A stretch of DNA of 64,000 nucleotides from a virus (lineage: Duplodnaviria > Caudoviricetes): positions 668-64,667 of IMG/VR virus record IMGVR_UViG_3300034374_002231, one strand, 5' to 3'. How positions within the stretch are numbered: position 1 is the first letter of the stretch; every line of letters starts with the position of its first letter. Below are positions 10,472-18,924 of this stretch, one piece after another. The notes beneath the pieces are model-generated. The model worked only from the letters and a program-made list of their open reading frames with translations. It had not been told where the DNA came from and did no database searches. Both the position numbers and the translations under genes were made by a program.

Positions 10472-12600
10472 GCTGTGAGACCCCTATAGAGACCGACCGC
10501 ACCGAGACCGGCACCGAGTAGCTGCTGCATCGGGTTATACGGCACAGACAGCGTCTGCGTCGTGTCCGGCGTGACCGGCACCCCGCGCATAATCATGTTC
10601 ATGTAGTTCAGCTGTTCTTTCGGGAAGTCGCGCTGTGCAAGGAAGTCTTGATACGCGAGGTCCTGACCACGCTGTTGACGCGCTTCGAGCTGCTGACCGA
10701 TGGTTTCGAGAAGCTGTGCCGACTGAATGTCGCCTGCACGGGCCATCTCGCCGAGGTTGGCAAGCTGCTGTGCCTGTTCGCTGCTGAAGCCCAGTGCCGC
10801 AAGTTGCTGGTCCCGGATACGGGCGTTCTCGTCTGCTTGCGCAGCTTCCACACGGGCGCGTTCGGCGGCGTTAGCGGCTTGAACCCGGGCGGCTTCTTCG
10901 ACCGAAATGCCCTGCACGCGGGCCAGTTCAGCCGCCTGTGCGGCCTGAACCCGGGCGGCTTCTTCAATGCTGATACCCTGCACTCTGGCAAGTTCAGCTG
11001 CCTGCTGTTGCTGGATACGCGCGAACTCTTCAGCGTTGGCCGATTGTACGCGGAACCGGTCGTCTGCGATCTGCTGCTGCACCCGGGCGGCTTCTTCGAT
11101 ACCGATGCCTTGCGCCCGGGCGAACTCTTGTGCCCGTGCTCCTTGAACCCGAGACTGTTCTGCGGCCTGCGCGGCTTGGACCCGTGCCGCTTCTTCGATA
11201 CTGATTCCTTGCACCCGTGCGATTTCGGCTGCCTGCTGTTGTTGCACCCGTGCCGCTTCTTCAACACTGATACCCTGAACGCGCGCCAGTTCCGCGGCCT
11301 GCTGCTGTTGGATGCGGGCAAACTCATCCGCATTGGCGGCTTGGATACGAGAGTTGTCAGAGGCGATAGCGGCTTGGACGCGACCCGCTTCCGAGACACT
11401 GAGGTTATTAGCGCGGGCAAATTCTTCCGCCTGCGCGGCCTGCACGCGGGCGGCTTCGTCTATGCTGATGCCTTGAGTCCGTGCCAGCTCTGCGGCTTGC
11501 GACTGTTGGAATCTGGCTGCTTCGGCGGCTTCGGCCGCTTGGATACGCGCCGCTTCGGATACGCTGATACCCTGTGTGCGCGCCATCTCTTCGGCTTGCG
11601 CACGCTCCCGCTGAAACTGAGCAGCGCGGTCGGCTTCGAACTGTTGCGCCGCTTGCGTGTATCCCCGTTCCAGCCCCTCGGCTTGGATACGTGCCATGCG
11701 ATCCAGCATGTCTTCTTCAGCAATAGCTTCTTGAACCGCGGCGCGAGACCCGCCAAAGGCTCCAGCCTGTACAGCCTGCGCTGAACGACCTGCCTTGGCC
11801 ATCTCGTAGTCCTCGCGGGCCTTATCCTTTTGGATGTCCACTACATTCTGGATGTAGGGACTCATGTATTGTTCGGCCTCAGCACTCGTGAACTGCCGTG
11901 CTGGATCGAACTCATACGCGGCTACGCCTTCGTCTCCGCGCCGAAAGCCCGTGTACTGTTCAAAGTCAGCGTAGGGATCAGCAGACCCAGCCGAAAAGTC
12001 CGTAAATTGCCTCACATCACCTTCAACGAAGTCGGCTGCAGGGCCAAACTCAGACCGTTCAAAACCAGCGTAGGGACTTACCTGTGTCTCACGAAACCCT
12101 GCGTATGGGTCCGCAGCTCCTTTTTGGAACCCGCCATATAACGAGAATTGATCCGCAAACGAATCCGGTCGTGCTGCTTGGTATCCGCCGAAAGTATCAA
12201 ATTGGGTGCCTTGAAAACCCATGTAAGGCGAGGCTTGCCCAGACTGGAAACCCATATACGGGCTAACGCCCGCCGCTTGAAACGACGATGGCCCGAACTG
12301 ATACGGTGTTGCTCCTGCAGCGATATTCTGAGCGTTTATGAGGTTTTGCCCCGTAACACCCATGGCCGTATCAAGCCCCGGTATGCCCCCCGCTGCCGTT
12401 TGCCGGGTTAGGTCATACGCAGCAAGCTGATCCGGGGTAATGTCTGCAATCCGCTGACCCGGATACGCTTCATAGGGCGTGAGAGATAATCCCTCCGCGC
12501 GATCCATCATCCGTTCAAAGTACGGACGTGCATACTCGGGAAGATTAGACGTAGTGGTCTTGCTCTCGACCTTCTGCGTGCCGCCGCCCTTGCTACCCAT
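10468..12600 (-). CDS. DNA ejection/pilot protein with tandem helical repeats
   Basis: 710 aa; starts MGSKGGG; YMSPYIQNVVD and AGAFGGSRAAV motifs typical of podovirus DNA-transfer proteins; C-terminal LLGAGLGAVG. Confidence 0.7.
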   Translation of the reverse strand: MGSKGGGTQKVESKTTTSNLPEYARPYFERMMDRAEGLSLTPYEAYPGQRIADITPDQLAAYDLTRQTAAGGIPGLDTAMGVTGQNLINAQNIAAGATPYQFGPSSFQAAGVSPYMGFQSGQASPYMGFQGTQFDTFGGYQAARPDSFADQFSLYGGFQKGAADPYAGFRETQVSPYAGFERSEFGPAADFVEGDVRQFTDFSAGSADPYADFEQYTGFRRGDEGVAAYEFDPARQFTSAEAEQYMSPYIQNVVDIQKDKAREDYEMAKAGRSAQAVQAGAFGGSRAAVQEAIAEEDMLDRMARIQAEGLERGYTQAAQQFEADRAAQFQRERAQAEEMARTQGISVSEAARIQAAEAAEAARFQQSQAAELARTQGISIDEAARVQAAQAEEFARANNLSVSEAGRVQAAIASDNSRIQAANADEFARIQQQQAAELARVQGISVEEAARVQQQQAAEIARVQGISIEEAARVQAAQAAEQSRVQGARAQEFARAQGIGIEEAARVQQQIADDRFRVQSANAEEFARIQQQQAAELARVQGISIEEAARVQAAQAAELARVQGISVEEAARVQAANAAERARVEAAQADENARIRDQQLAALGFSSEQAQQLANLGEMARAGDIQSAQLLETIGQQLEARQQRGQDLAYQDFLAQRDFPKEQLNYMNMIMRGVPVTPDTTQTLSVPYNPMQQLLGAGLGAVGLYRGLTA
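10860..11640 (-). repeat. Imperfect 66-bp (22-aa) coding tandem repeat AARVQxxQAAELARVQGISIEE
   Basis: Recurrent GISxEEAARVQ units in the translation; recurring acccgggcggcttcttc in the DNA. Confidence 0.85.
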
Positions 12601-13036
12601 CGGTCAGCTCCATTCTGTATGCGATATAGTCTTGCTTCCAGCCATACCGCTCGTTCCACCGAATCCACGCGCGGCGGCCGTAGCCTTCCATGTGCGTGCA
12701 CCCGCAATCCTTGGCAAACTGTTCAATCGTCTTTTGCGCCATAGGCAGCCACTCTTTCATCCGGCGACCACCAATCCAGTCAAGTGCCATGGCTTTGCAC
12801 TGCGGATACTCAATGATCCGGGTAGTTATGGCTGCAACCGGTTTGGTTCCGTCTGTGACAAGCCACAGAATAAGATAGCCGGTGTCTAGGTTCTTCTTTA
12901 CATCATCTAGCGTGAACTTTCCATTGGCAGTTTTCACCGCTCCAACCAAAAGCTCCTTGGCATCCGGCCAAACAATGTCCACAAAGTCCAGTGGAATAAA
13001 CCCAAACGTCAGCGATCTATCCTGCGTATCCTTCAT
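12593..13036 (-). CDS. GNAT-like acyltransferase of the virion module
   Basis: 147 aa; IEQFAKDCGCTHMEGYGRRAWIR resembles GNAT-fold podovirus proteins encoded before ejection genes. Confidence 0.6.
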   Translation of the reverse strand: MKDTQDRSLTFGFIPLDFVDIVWPDAKELLVGAVKTANGKFTLDDVKKNLDTGYLILWLVTDGTKPVAAITTRIIEYPQCKAMALDWIGGRRMKEWLPMAQKTIEQFAKDCGCTHMEGYGRRAWIRWNERYGWKQDYIAYRMELTDG

Positions 13037-14322
13037 GCCGGTAGCAATCCTCCAGCGGCAACCTGCTTAGGCTGTCGAGTCATACCGGTGCGTTCCTGCC
13101 GCACCCGAGACATCATACCTTCAAGCTCTGCCGCACCTGCGTCGGTAGAGCCATTTCCGAGTCCGCTGACCACATCCGCCGGGACAATGAACTCTCCATC
13201 ACTCAGCAGTACGTCCATGGACCCGTCGTCCATTTGTGCGGGAACGAGGTCATCCATACCGTCGCCGGGGCCGCGAATCTGGCCTTCCATGTCGCCGCCT
13301 TCCGTGCGGCCCTCAGACACGTCGTTCACGAGCTTGCGAAGCGCGTCTTCACCGTAGGTCTGCACAAACTGGGCCAACACGACCGCAGCCTGTTCTTCTG
13401 GCAGCTCCTCGCGGACAGCCTTGATAGTCATGGATACCAACTCGCGCTCGTTCATGCGCGGCGCTGCCGACTCCCGCGGTGCCCGGGGGAACAGCTCGTC
13501 TCCTTGGGGCAACTCCGCAATGCCGCCGCCCTGCAACTCAATCGGCCCGCCCATAGCCATGCGAACAAGACCACCTTCGGCGTAACCGGACCCAATCGGA
13601 TACGGATCGAAATACAAGAACTCGCCGCTCCGGCCCGGATCATAGTCAGCTCCGGGGGTATACCGCTCGCGTTCACGCGGCGTGGCTTGTGGGCGTCCTT
13701 TGTATTTCTTGTCGTCGTCCCCTTCGTCCTTCTGAAACAGTCCCGGCATAAGACTGGGAGTCAAAGCGGAACCGAGACCAGCCCGGGTAAGCACCCCTTG
13801 TTTAAGACCTTGTTGGTACATGTCTTTGAAGCTCGAACCGGCGGGTAACTTTGCACCGGCCTCCAGTCCCGAGGGCATATTCTTCAGGAAGCCAAACATA
13901 CCTCCATTGCCGCCGAACAGACCCCCACCTGTGGTGGGTGAAGTAGTCGGAGGTGTGACGGGCGGTGCTACTGCGGGGACACCCGCTGCAGCCTGCTGGG
14001 CCAGCGTGGACGTAGTAGCTTGGGTTGCAGCCTGCGTTGCCGCATTTGCTGCGCCCTGCGCCCCGGCCTGTGTGGCCGCCTGTGTTCCGGCCTTTGCCGC
14101 TTCGGCTGCTGCAGTTCCGGCTCCGCCACCAAGTGCGCCGCCAAGAACAGCCCCACCAAGACCACCAAGCAGACCGGCTTGCAGGCCTTTGCCGATGTCT
14201 CCGGTTTCGATTGCTGTACCAAGGCCAGATCCAACTGCGCCTGCGATGAGTGGACTAAGCCCACCAAGAAGGCCTGCGCCAGCCGCACCCGACCCAAGAA
14301 AGCTAAGGATGAGAGGTAGCAT
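13033..14322 (-). CDS. Internal virion protein with a glycine-zipper N-terminus
   Basis: 429 aa; GxxxG-rich hydrophobic N-terminus; C-terminal GPGDGMDDLVPA...LSDGEFIVPADVV motif; RBS GGAGG. Confidence 0.7.
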   Translation of the reverse strand: MLPLILSFLGSGAAGAGLLGGLSPLIAGAVGSGLGTAIETGDIGKGLQAGLLGGLGGAVLGGALGGGAGTAAAEAAKAGTQAATQAGAQGAANAATQAATQATTSTLAQQAAAGVPAVAPPVTPPTTSPTTGGGLFGGNGGMFGFLKNMPSGLEAGAKLPAGSSFKDMYQQGLKQGVLTRAGLGSALTPSLMPGLFQKDEGDDDKKYKGRPQATPRERERYTPGADYDPGRSGEFLYFDPYPIGSGYAEGGLVRMAMGGPIELQGGGIAELPQGDELFPRAPRESAAPRMNERELVSMTIKAVREELPEEQAAVVLAQFVQTYGEDALRKLVNDVSEGRTEGGDMEGQIRGPGDGMDDLVPAQMDDGSMDVLLSDGEFIVPADVVSGLGNGSTDAGAAELEGMMSRVRQERTGMTRQPKQVAAGGLLPA

Positions 14323-14379
14323 GACGCCTCCAGTTCAAAGTTCGTGTGCGTACATTACCACGCAGCATAGCGTTTGTAA

Positions 14380-14592
14380 CTACTGACCACAAATACGTTC
14401 GTTCGTTTCGTTGTGGACAATCACGTCCACCAGAAAAGTTCTGTCGTTTTGCACAAGCCAATCGACGGTTTTCTGACTTTCAAACAGTAACGGCTTCGTG
14501 ATGTCGCAGTAGCTGTCACTGCTGATCTTTACTCCGCACCCACTTACTAGCGCGGTCAGCAAGGTCGCTGTCATCCAAGATCTGCACTTCAT
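14380..14592 (-). CDS. o-spanin (Rz1-like lipoprotein)
   Basis: MKCRSWMTATLLTALVSGC lipobox; overlaps the i-spanin 3' end in another frame; start estimated. Confidence 0.7.
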   Translation of the reverse strand: MKCRSWMTATLLTALVSGCGVKISSDSYCDITKPLLFESQKTVDWLVQNDRTFLVDVIVHNETNERICGQ

Positions 14593-14755
14593 CGTTGACC
14601 TCCTTGGCGGCGGCAAAGTTATCCAGCCGCTTTTCGTCAATCTTGCGCTTCGTCCGGTCAATGCCGCGCTGTACGCCGCTGGCGTATATGCCGAAAATAC
14701 CGGCGATGAAGGCCAGACCTATCAGAGCATAGAGCTGCAGTCGTCCAAACATCAC
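14516..14755 (-). CDS. i-spanin (Rz-like)
   Basis: N-terminal TM helix then a charged helical segment; directly follows the endolysin. Confidence 0.7.
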   Translation of the reverse strand: MMFGRLQLYALIGLAFIAGIFGIYASGVQRGIDRTKRKIDEKRLDNFAAAKEVNDEVQILDDSDLADRASKWVRSKDQQ

Positions 14756-15438
14756 TTAATCCCTGCCGCCCATTTCTTCAGACGCTCACGCATGATCCAC
14801 AACGTGAACAGCACGCTGACTCCCAAGAAGCCAAGAACAATGTACTGCGACGCGCCATCCAGAGCAGACAAGGCGGCAATGCCAGCGCCAGCTTTGGCTG
14901 CAATATCCATGGTGCTTGCCTGCATAGTCTTGGACTGAGCTACAGACGTGCGCGGTGCCTCTGCTACCTCTTCAGTGTCCACTATTTCCATCGGTTTCAG
15001 GAAGAGCTTCTTTTCGGCTTCACGGCGGCGTACCAGCCCCTTGAGAACCTTACCGCCTGCCTTGTTCCATAGAAGCAAAGCCTTGGCAGCGCCAGCCTTG
15101 TCACCCTCGTTGAACTTGCGTAGTGCGCTGGACTTCTTGAACGCACCGGGGCCGATGTTATAGGCCAGACTAATGAACGCGCCGTACTCGTTGTTGTTGA
15201 TAGGTGCCGTGATGTAGGGCTGTATTTGAAAGCCAAATTTCTCCAGCGTGGCTTCAAGATAGGCTTCAGCCTCGTCCTCTGTGATGACCATACCCGGCAC
15301 CGGATCAATGCCGACATTCGCTGCAGCAGTGGTGCCGTAGCCGATAGTCCAGACACCCGCAGGGCACTTGTATGCCTTGGCACGGAAGCCCTCGAACTCC
15401 TTGATAAGGTCCAGTGTGTCTTGGTTAATCTGCATCAT
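14752..15438 (-). CDS. Endolysin, GH24 phage lysozyme with C-terminal hydrophobic helices
   Basis: IKEFEGFRAKAYKCPAGVWTIGYGTT; SLAYNIG; WNKAGGKVLKGLVRRREAE. Confidence 0.93.
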   Translation of the reverse strand: MMQINQDTLDLIKEFEGFRAKAYKCPAGVWTIGYGTTAAANVGIDPVPGMVITEDEAEAYLEATLEKFGFQIQPYITAPINNNEYGAFISLAYNIGPGAFKKSSALRKFNEGDKAGAAKALLLWNKAGGKVLKGLVRRREAEKKLFLKPMEIVDTEEVAEAPRTSVAQSKTMQASTMDIAAKAGAGIAALSALDGASQYIVLGFLGVSVLFTLWIMRERLKKWAAGIK

Positions 15439-15731
15439 TTGCTCATCAACGCCATCTCTAGGTGCTTGATGGTTGTCTGGGCAGAGGCCAGCTGCGCCTT
15501 TAACTCTGCCATCTCAAGCAACAGTTTCTTGTTTTCAGCAGTGACTGCATCCAGCTTTTCAGCCAGACGGTCTACCTGCTCCCGGAGGGTGTCGTTAAAC
15601 TCACCACGCTCCTGCTTATCGGCAATGCGCGCTTCATGCGCTTGCTTTGCCTTGAGGGCGAACAATTGCCACATGCCACCAGCGCCGACGAGGGCAATAA
15701 TAATCGGCGTCAGCATATTAAAGTCGGGCAT
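15435..15731 (-). CDS. Membrane-anchored coiled-coil protein (holin/antiholin candidate)
   Basis: N-terminal TM (IIIALVGAGGMW) plus coiled coil; immediately upstream of the endolysin. Confidence 0.55.
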   Translation of the reverse strand: MPDFNMLTPIIIALVGAGGMWQLFALKAKQAHEARIADKQERGEFNDTLREQVDRLAEKLDAVTAENKKLLLEMAELKAQLASAQTTIKHLEMALMSK

Positions 15732-16179
15732 CGAATCGCATCCTTTCCAGCATCTGGCGATGTACCAAATTTGCCAAGTACAGGCTCCATAACGCCATCA
15801 TAACACAAGCAGAAATATGTGACACCTCATCCCACATGGTCATAGGCGTATGGCTCGGCATGTGCATCTTCATCTGCTCGGCAGTTCTACTATAGTAGAC
15901 GAAGCCCTTCGGTGCAGGTTCGTGCATGACGTAGAATGACAGCACGCAGCACGACAGAAAGAAATCAACGAGCAAGGCCCGTTTCAGCCACCAGCGCGTC
16001 AGCCAAATGGTGGCAATCAAAACTGCAGCGGAGCTACCCATCCATGCCCACAAGATTGAATCTGGAACCATGCCAGAAAACATTCCGGCATAGGTTAAAC
16101 CAACCATGGAAATGGCGATGTGTTGGGCTGAACCGTTCGCGCTTCGTATTGCGCGGTATGTATCGTGAATCCCCGGCAT
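15718..16179 (-). CDS. Multi-pass membrane protein in the lysis cassette (holin candidate)
   Basis: 153 aa with about 4 hydrophobic segments; RBS GGAGAGG. Confidence 0.55.
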   Translation of the reverse strand: MPGIHDTYRAIRSANGSAQHIAISMVGLTYAGMFSGMVPDSILWAWMGSSAAVLIATIWLTRWWLKRALLVDFFLSCCVLSFYVMHEPAPKGFVYYSRTAEQMKMHMPSHTPMTMWDEVSHISACVMMALWSLYLANLVHRQMLERMRFDARL

Positions 16180-16187
16180 GACCTCTC

Positions 16188-16415
16188 CTACGGTACGATC
16201 TTCAACGTGCCCGCGTCATTCCAGACGGAACCAGATTCAAGACCAGATGCTGATGTCGGCAGCTCTGTCAAGACCAGCGTTGTATTACGTCCTTCTCCCG
16301 GGTTTTGAATCTGTTGCAAAGCCACAGAAAATGCGCGCGTAAGTTCAGCCATGTATTGCTGGCTGTACTCGTTTGGTGGAACCGGAAAGTATGGAAGCGG
16401 TAGTTTGCTTGGCAT
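16188..16415 (-). CDS. Small virion protein
   Basis: 75 aa, LPTSASGLESGSVWNDAGTLKIV; coupled to the nozzle gene. Confidence 0.6.
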   Translation of the reverse strand: MPSKLPLPYFPVPPNEYSQQYMAELTRAFSVALQQIQNPGEGRNTTLVLTELPTSASGLESGSVWNDAGTLKIVP

Positions 16416-18277
16416 CAGCGTCTCCCGTCTGTGCGGGCATCAACGCGTGGCGTACCCAAGCGCCACTGCACATTCCGCGTATTGGACGAAACCTTAATTC
16501 GCATCTGTCGCCCACGAAGACGGAAGAACAACTGCTCCGTTCTGTCTGTAATCGGCGCAGCTTGTGTCTTTACAAAAGTTTCAGTAGCGGCGTCGTTGTA
16601 GGTGCCGTCAGGAAAGTTGCGAATGCTGACTGTAAAGTCTACCTGTGGCACGGTTTCCGTAGACTGCATGAACGAGACGTCGGGTATCATGCGCGATATG
16701 AACATGAACTCATCCCCGTCTCCAATGTCTATAGGGCTAGACTCGATATACGAGTTTATGCCGACGGTCGGGTTTTGGCTGCCATCATTGATACCGACCT
16801 CATGCTCATAAAGGTAATTGTCGGTGCCCGCGGCGATTGGCTGGTCAAATATGCCACGGTCAAACCATGCAGTTCGTGCAAGTGTCCCATAAGCCCAAGT
16901 GTTCTCTTCGTAGTTATAGATGACGTACTTGTCTACAAATCCACCACCAGCTGTGGATGGGTAGAACCACCAGATCTCAGAATGCTCGGAGTTCAGACCA
17001 GCAAAGACCTTTTCAAACTGAAGCTGGTCGATGTCATCAAAGACGTAGTCCCGCACCATGCAGGGCACCTTCTGCACGGCACCCGTGTACATATAAAACT
17101 CAGACTGACCCATCCAGTACACACGATCTTGAACAGCGACAGCGGCGTTCGGAGATGCAATCGTCACGTTTTCAGTAAGTGGATTTATACCGAAGATGTA
17201 CGGCGGTCCAAGGAATTGCATGCCGTACAAGGTCGTGTTCGTGAACACGAGGATCTGCTGGCGTGTTTCTATGGCGCAGATAATTTCCGACCCGGAACTT
17301 AGCGGGAGATCTCCGGCTGTGTTGGTGGTGCTTGTGACATCCCAGTCAGACGCATCTAACTGACTGGAAAAGCGAATAAGCATGGGGTCTTGGACACCGG
17401 GATCAAATTGGCTGTCGCAACCGAAAGCGATTACGTGCCCATCTTGGTCTGACACAAGAACTTGCTTCGCTATCGTGGGAGGGTTACTTGCGCCAGCGAG
17501 GCTGGACAACGGCACTGCCCTAGACGCAAGTCCACTAGATTTGTCCCAGTAATAGATTCCGCCATCTCGGACGTTAATAATTAGGTCTTCTCCAAAGTTG
17601 TCATGGCTCCACAGACGCAAGGTTCCTGTAATCGCAGCCACAGAAGACGCTGACCCCCAGCCGCCACTGCCCCATGTGTCTGTGCCCCAGCCGGTGCCTA
17701 CGACCGTTGTATCAAGGCCGGTGTTGATCTGGTACGCAGCCGTGACGCTACCGCCGTTTCCGGTGTCAGATGCGTTCGCGGTTACGCTAAGGGTGACTTC
17801 GTACTCCGAGGTCGAATTGATCGCCGTGATCTGGTGCTCTGCGTTCAGTACATCTGCGGTCACATTGCCACCAAGGCCAGTGGCCCCGCTGAAGGTCACG
17901 AAGTCGTTGACCACAGCGCCGTGATTCACCTGCGTTACCGTAAGAGTGGCACTGCCGTTGGTCGCGGAAAACGGCCCTGTGAGGCTGTCTGTAGCACGAA
18001 TAGGCGTGATGTCGTTAAAGTTGCCACCGGAGGAGATGTAGTACTTCAGATGTGTTCCAACGCCGATAAATTTGTCCCCTGCAAGGGAAATCCACGGAAG
18101 CAACGCACGGCATGTGCCCAAGAAGGTGCTGTTTGAGTGCTTCTGCCAGCCGCCAATCTGCTCTGGGAAACCCTTTTGAAACCTGACCTTGTCACAGTCT
18201 CTCCAGCCGCCCTCGTTGCTGTACGAGGTGATTTCGCGGTTGATGCCGGGTTTGAACTGGAGCTTCATGAAGGGCAT
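16415..18277 (-). CDS. Tail nozzle / DNA stabilization protein (P22 gp10-like)
   Basis: 620 aa; starts MPFMKLQFKPGINRE; beta-rich; ends WRLGTPRVDARTDGRR. Confidence 0.75.
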   Translation of the reverse strand: MPFMKLQFKPGINREITSYSNEGGWRDCDKVRFQKGFPEQIGGWQKHSNSTFLGTCRALLPWISLAGDKFIGVGTHLKYYISSGGNFNDITPIRATDSLTGPFSATNGSATLTVTQVNHGAVVNDFVTFSGATGLGGNVTADVLNAEHQITAINSTSEYEVTLSVTANASDTGNGGSVTAAYQINTGLDTTVVGTGWGTDTWGSGGWGSASSVAAITGTLRLWSHDNFGEDLIINVRDGGIYYWDKSSGLASRAVPLSSLAGASNPPTIAKQVLVSDQDGHVIAFGCDSQFDPGVQDPMLIRFSSQLDASDWDVTSTTNTAGDLPLSSGSEIICAIETRQQILVFTNTTLYGMQFLGPPYIFGINPLTENVTIASPNAAVAVQDRVYWMGQSEFYMYTGAVQKVPCMVRDYVFDDIDQLQFEKVFAGLNSEHSEIWWFYPSTAGGGFVDKYVIYNYEENTWAYGTLARTAWFDRGIFDQPIAAGTDNYLYEHEVGINDGSQNPTVGINSYIESSPIDIGDGDEFMFISRMIPDVSFMQSTETVPQVDFTVSIRNFPDGTYNDAATETFVKTQAAPITDRTEQLFFRLRGRQMRIKVSSNTRNVQWRLGTPRVDARTDGRR

Positions 18278-18285
18278 GGTCTACC

Positions 18286-18924
18286 TCACAGTGTAACCGT
18301 AGCGTCGCAGTCAAAGTACGTCCCGTCTTGGACTTCGTACAGCCGCCCACGGCCTGTCTTGTCTACCATCCAGCCGGAATCAAGGAGACCGTTACCCTGC
18401 CGCCCGTAATCAACGCCGCCAGTAAGGGGGTTGTCAAACTCATCGTATCCAGTGGCGCCGGACCCGTCGTTGTTTTGTCTGGAAAACAGGCGCAGGCACG
18501 GCATGGGCGCAGAGTAGTTAATGTTGTTGCTGCTTACCAAGCCGCCTCCAGAGTCCACAACGGTCAGCACAGGACTGCGTCCAGACACGCGCTTGAAGAA
18601 GTGCCAGATGTAATCGTCATATGTTTCACCGCCCCTGTTGAAGGCAAAGGTGGTCTGCCCCTGTTCAACGGTACATCCCCAAATCTCAACTTCGTAAGAC
18701 GTGGAGTAGCTTGAAAGCTGCACGGACGGATTCCCCGTTGCGGGACTATGGCTTTGTGCAACACTGAACAATGTCATAATCAGGACATCCCCCGGAACGG
18801 GTAGCGTTCCAGTGGTGGTTTGGATGTCAGAGAGAGTGGGTGTGCGCCCGCCACCTCCCCCGGCATACTCAAGGATGGGGTAGCTGCTTTCACCCATCAT
18901 CTGCATTTGCTGGATCGCGGACAT
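18286..18924 (-). CDS. Tail-fibre-associated protein (possible receptor-binding subunit)
   Basis: Start MSAIQQMQMMG overlaps the fibre stop (TAATG); Gly linker then a beta-rich domain. Confidence 0.55.
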   Translation of the reverse strand: MSAIQQMQMMGESSYPILEYAGGGGGRTPTLSDIQTTTGTLPVPGDVLIMTLFSVAQSHSPATGNPSVQLSSYSTSYEVEIWGCTVEQGQTTFAFNRGGETYDDYIWHFFKRVSGRSPVLTVVDSGGGLVSSNNINYSAPMPCLRLFSRQNNDGSGATGYDEFDNPLTGGVDYGRQGNGLLDSGWMVDKTGRGRLYEVQDGTYFDCDATVTL

